Below, one piece after another: positions 63,301-64,000 of a stretch of 64,000 bases of DNA (its first letter is position 1; each line of letters begins with the position of its first letter). The translations under genes were made by a program, and so were the position numbers. Where the stretch lies: contig NIVC01000933.1 of the NCBI GenBank assembly GCA_002269645.1, forward strand, positions 1-64,000, read 5' to 3'. Under the pieces are notes generated by a model. That model was not told the DNA's origin. It saw nothing but the letters and a program-made list of their open reading frames with translations, and ran no database searches. The stretch comes from Macrostomum lignano (taxonomy: Eukaryota).

Positions 63301-64000
63301 CATAACCGGAAGTACATCTAGAACAATCATAACAGGAAGTACATCTAGAACAATCATAACCGGAAGTACATCTAGAACAATCATAACCGGAAGTACATCT
63401 GTAACAATCATAACCGGAAGTACATCTAGAACAATCATAACAGGAAGTACATCTAGAACAATCATAAACGGAAGTACATCTAGAACAATCATAACCAGAA
63501 GTACATCTAGAACAATCATAACCGGAAGTACATCTAGAACAATCATAACAGGAAGTACATCTAGAACAATCATAACCGGAAGTACATCTAGAATAATCAT
63601 AACCGGAAGTACAACACCTACCTGAGGCCGGCTCCGATCCTCCAACAGCAAGTAGCAGTACTCGCAGAAGTAGCGCAACTGCTGTCCCGGATCGAGTCCC
63701 GGCAGCTCAGTCTCCGGGCTCAGATGAAGTCGCAGCTGGGCCTGCAACGGGCCGAGAGAGTCGGTCAGCCGGCCGAGATGCTGCTGGGTCAGGCCGGACA
63801 ATTTCGCGTCCTTGACAACCGACTGGGCCGCCTCCCTGGCCGAGTCCAGCTGCTCGGCTGAGGCGATGAAAGGCCGCGCTTCGGGCCGACGGTAGGGGGC
63901 CAGCCGTCTGAGCAGGGTGCGGCACTGCCGGGCCACCGTGTCCGCGTAGGCCACCACCAGCGACGGGTGGCCCAGCGACTGGCGGCAGGCCTGCAGCAGG
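57396..64000 (-). CDS. 3' part of a large unidentified protein; exons >64000-63622, 62188-61830, 61498-61222, 61089-60808, 60412-60200, 59229-58982, 57759-57396
   Basis: Seven GC-rich exons with GT-AG ends and compatible phases (0, 2, 0, 0, 0, 2), ending at stop 57396; no family recognised. Confidence 0.75.
57777..58335. repeat. Two abutting 20-bp arrays (GATTTGAGTGAATGGCTACG then AATCCATGTGAATGGCGATG)
   Basis: Direct inspection; intronic. Confidence 0.92.
58368..58820 (+). mobile_element. 5'-truncated non-LTR retrotransposon (R1/LOA/I-like) 3' end, ~453 bp
   Basis: TFTGHGCF...CPFC...EDAKHFVCYCP C-terminal zinc knuckle; 3'UTR; TAAGTCAAG-repeat tail; direct repeat AACCAACATTTGTG at 58354-58367 and 58821-58834. 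Confidence 0.85.
59272..60140. repeat. 21/24-bp minisatellite ACAGATCTCTGGCTAGGTGTT(ATT), intronic
   Basis: Direct inspection. Confidence 0.95.
60490..60670. repeat. Degenerate ~20-bp repeat (GAGATAAAAGTACATC...), intronic
   Basis: Direct inspection. Confidence 0.7.
62200..63612. repeat. 27-bp satellite ATAACCGGAAGTACATCTAGAACAATC, ~52 copies, fills intron 63621-62189
   Basis: Direct inspection. Confidence 0.97.

Noticed and set aside
62192-63620. (MIVLDVLPV)n hydrophobic extension of the 472-aa ORF
   Set aside because: Intronic 27-bp array between donor CAG|GTAGGT and acceptor CTAACAG|.

Overview
Eukaryotic (metazoan) genomic window with spliceosomal introns, GC-rich exons, AT-rich blocks and many intronic minisatellites. 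This architecture suggests a free-living flatworm such as Macrostomum (inference only). Genes rebuilt by hand from splice sites and codon phase: 3' part of an unknown Cys4 zinc-ribbon gene (+), an NHL-repeat gene with a polyQ tail (-), PINX1 (-), a BAIAP3/Munc13-4-like gene (-), an otopetrin proton channel (+), a second NHL/beta-propeller gene (-), a complete 7-exon cytosolic seryl-tRNA synthetase (+, 484 aa) and the 3' part of a large unidentified gene (-). Mobile DNA: a Ty3/Gypsy element with LTR and PBS and a frameshifted integrase; a complete but internally deleted P-superfamily transposon (TIRs, 8-bp TSD, spliced THAP gene); a hAT-type MITE carrying a 21-bp satellite, inserted in a CORE-SINE; an 89-bp micro-MITE; a foldback element; a 5'-truncated LINE with TSD; and older relics. 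About 25 tandem arrays are present, and most long ORFs in the supplied track are translations of them. No tRNA, rRNA or CRISPR array was found. Best leads: the THAP mini-gene in the P element, satellites carried by MITEs, two distant satellites sharing an ETS-type core, and enrichment of TAGGCCTA and TACATGTA palindromes.
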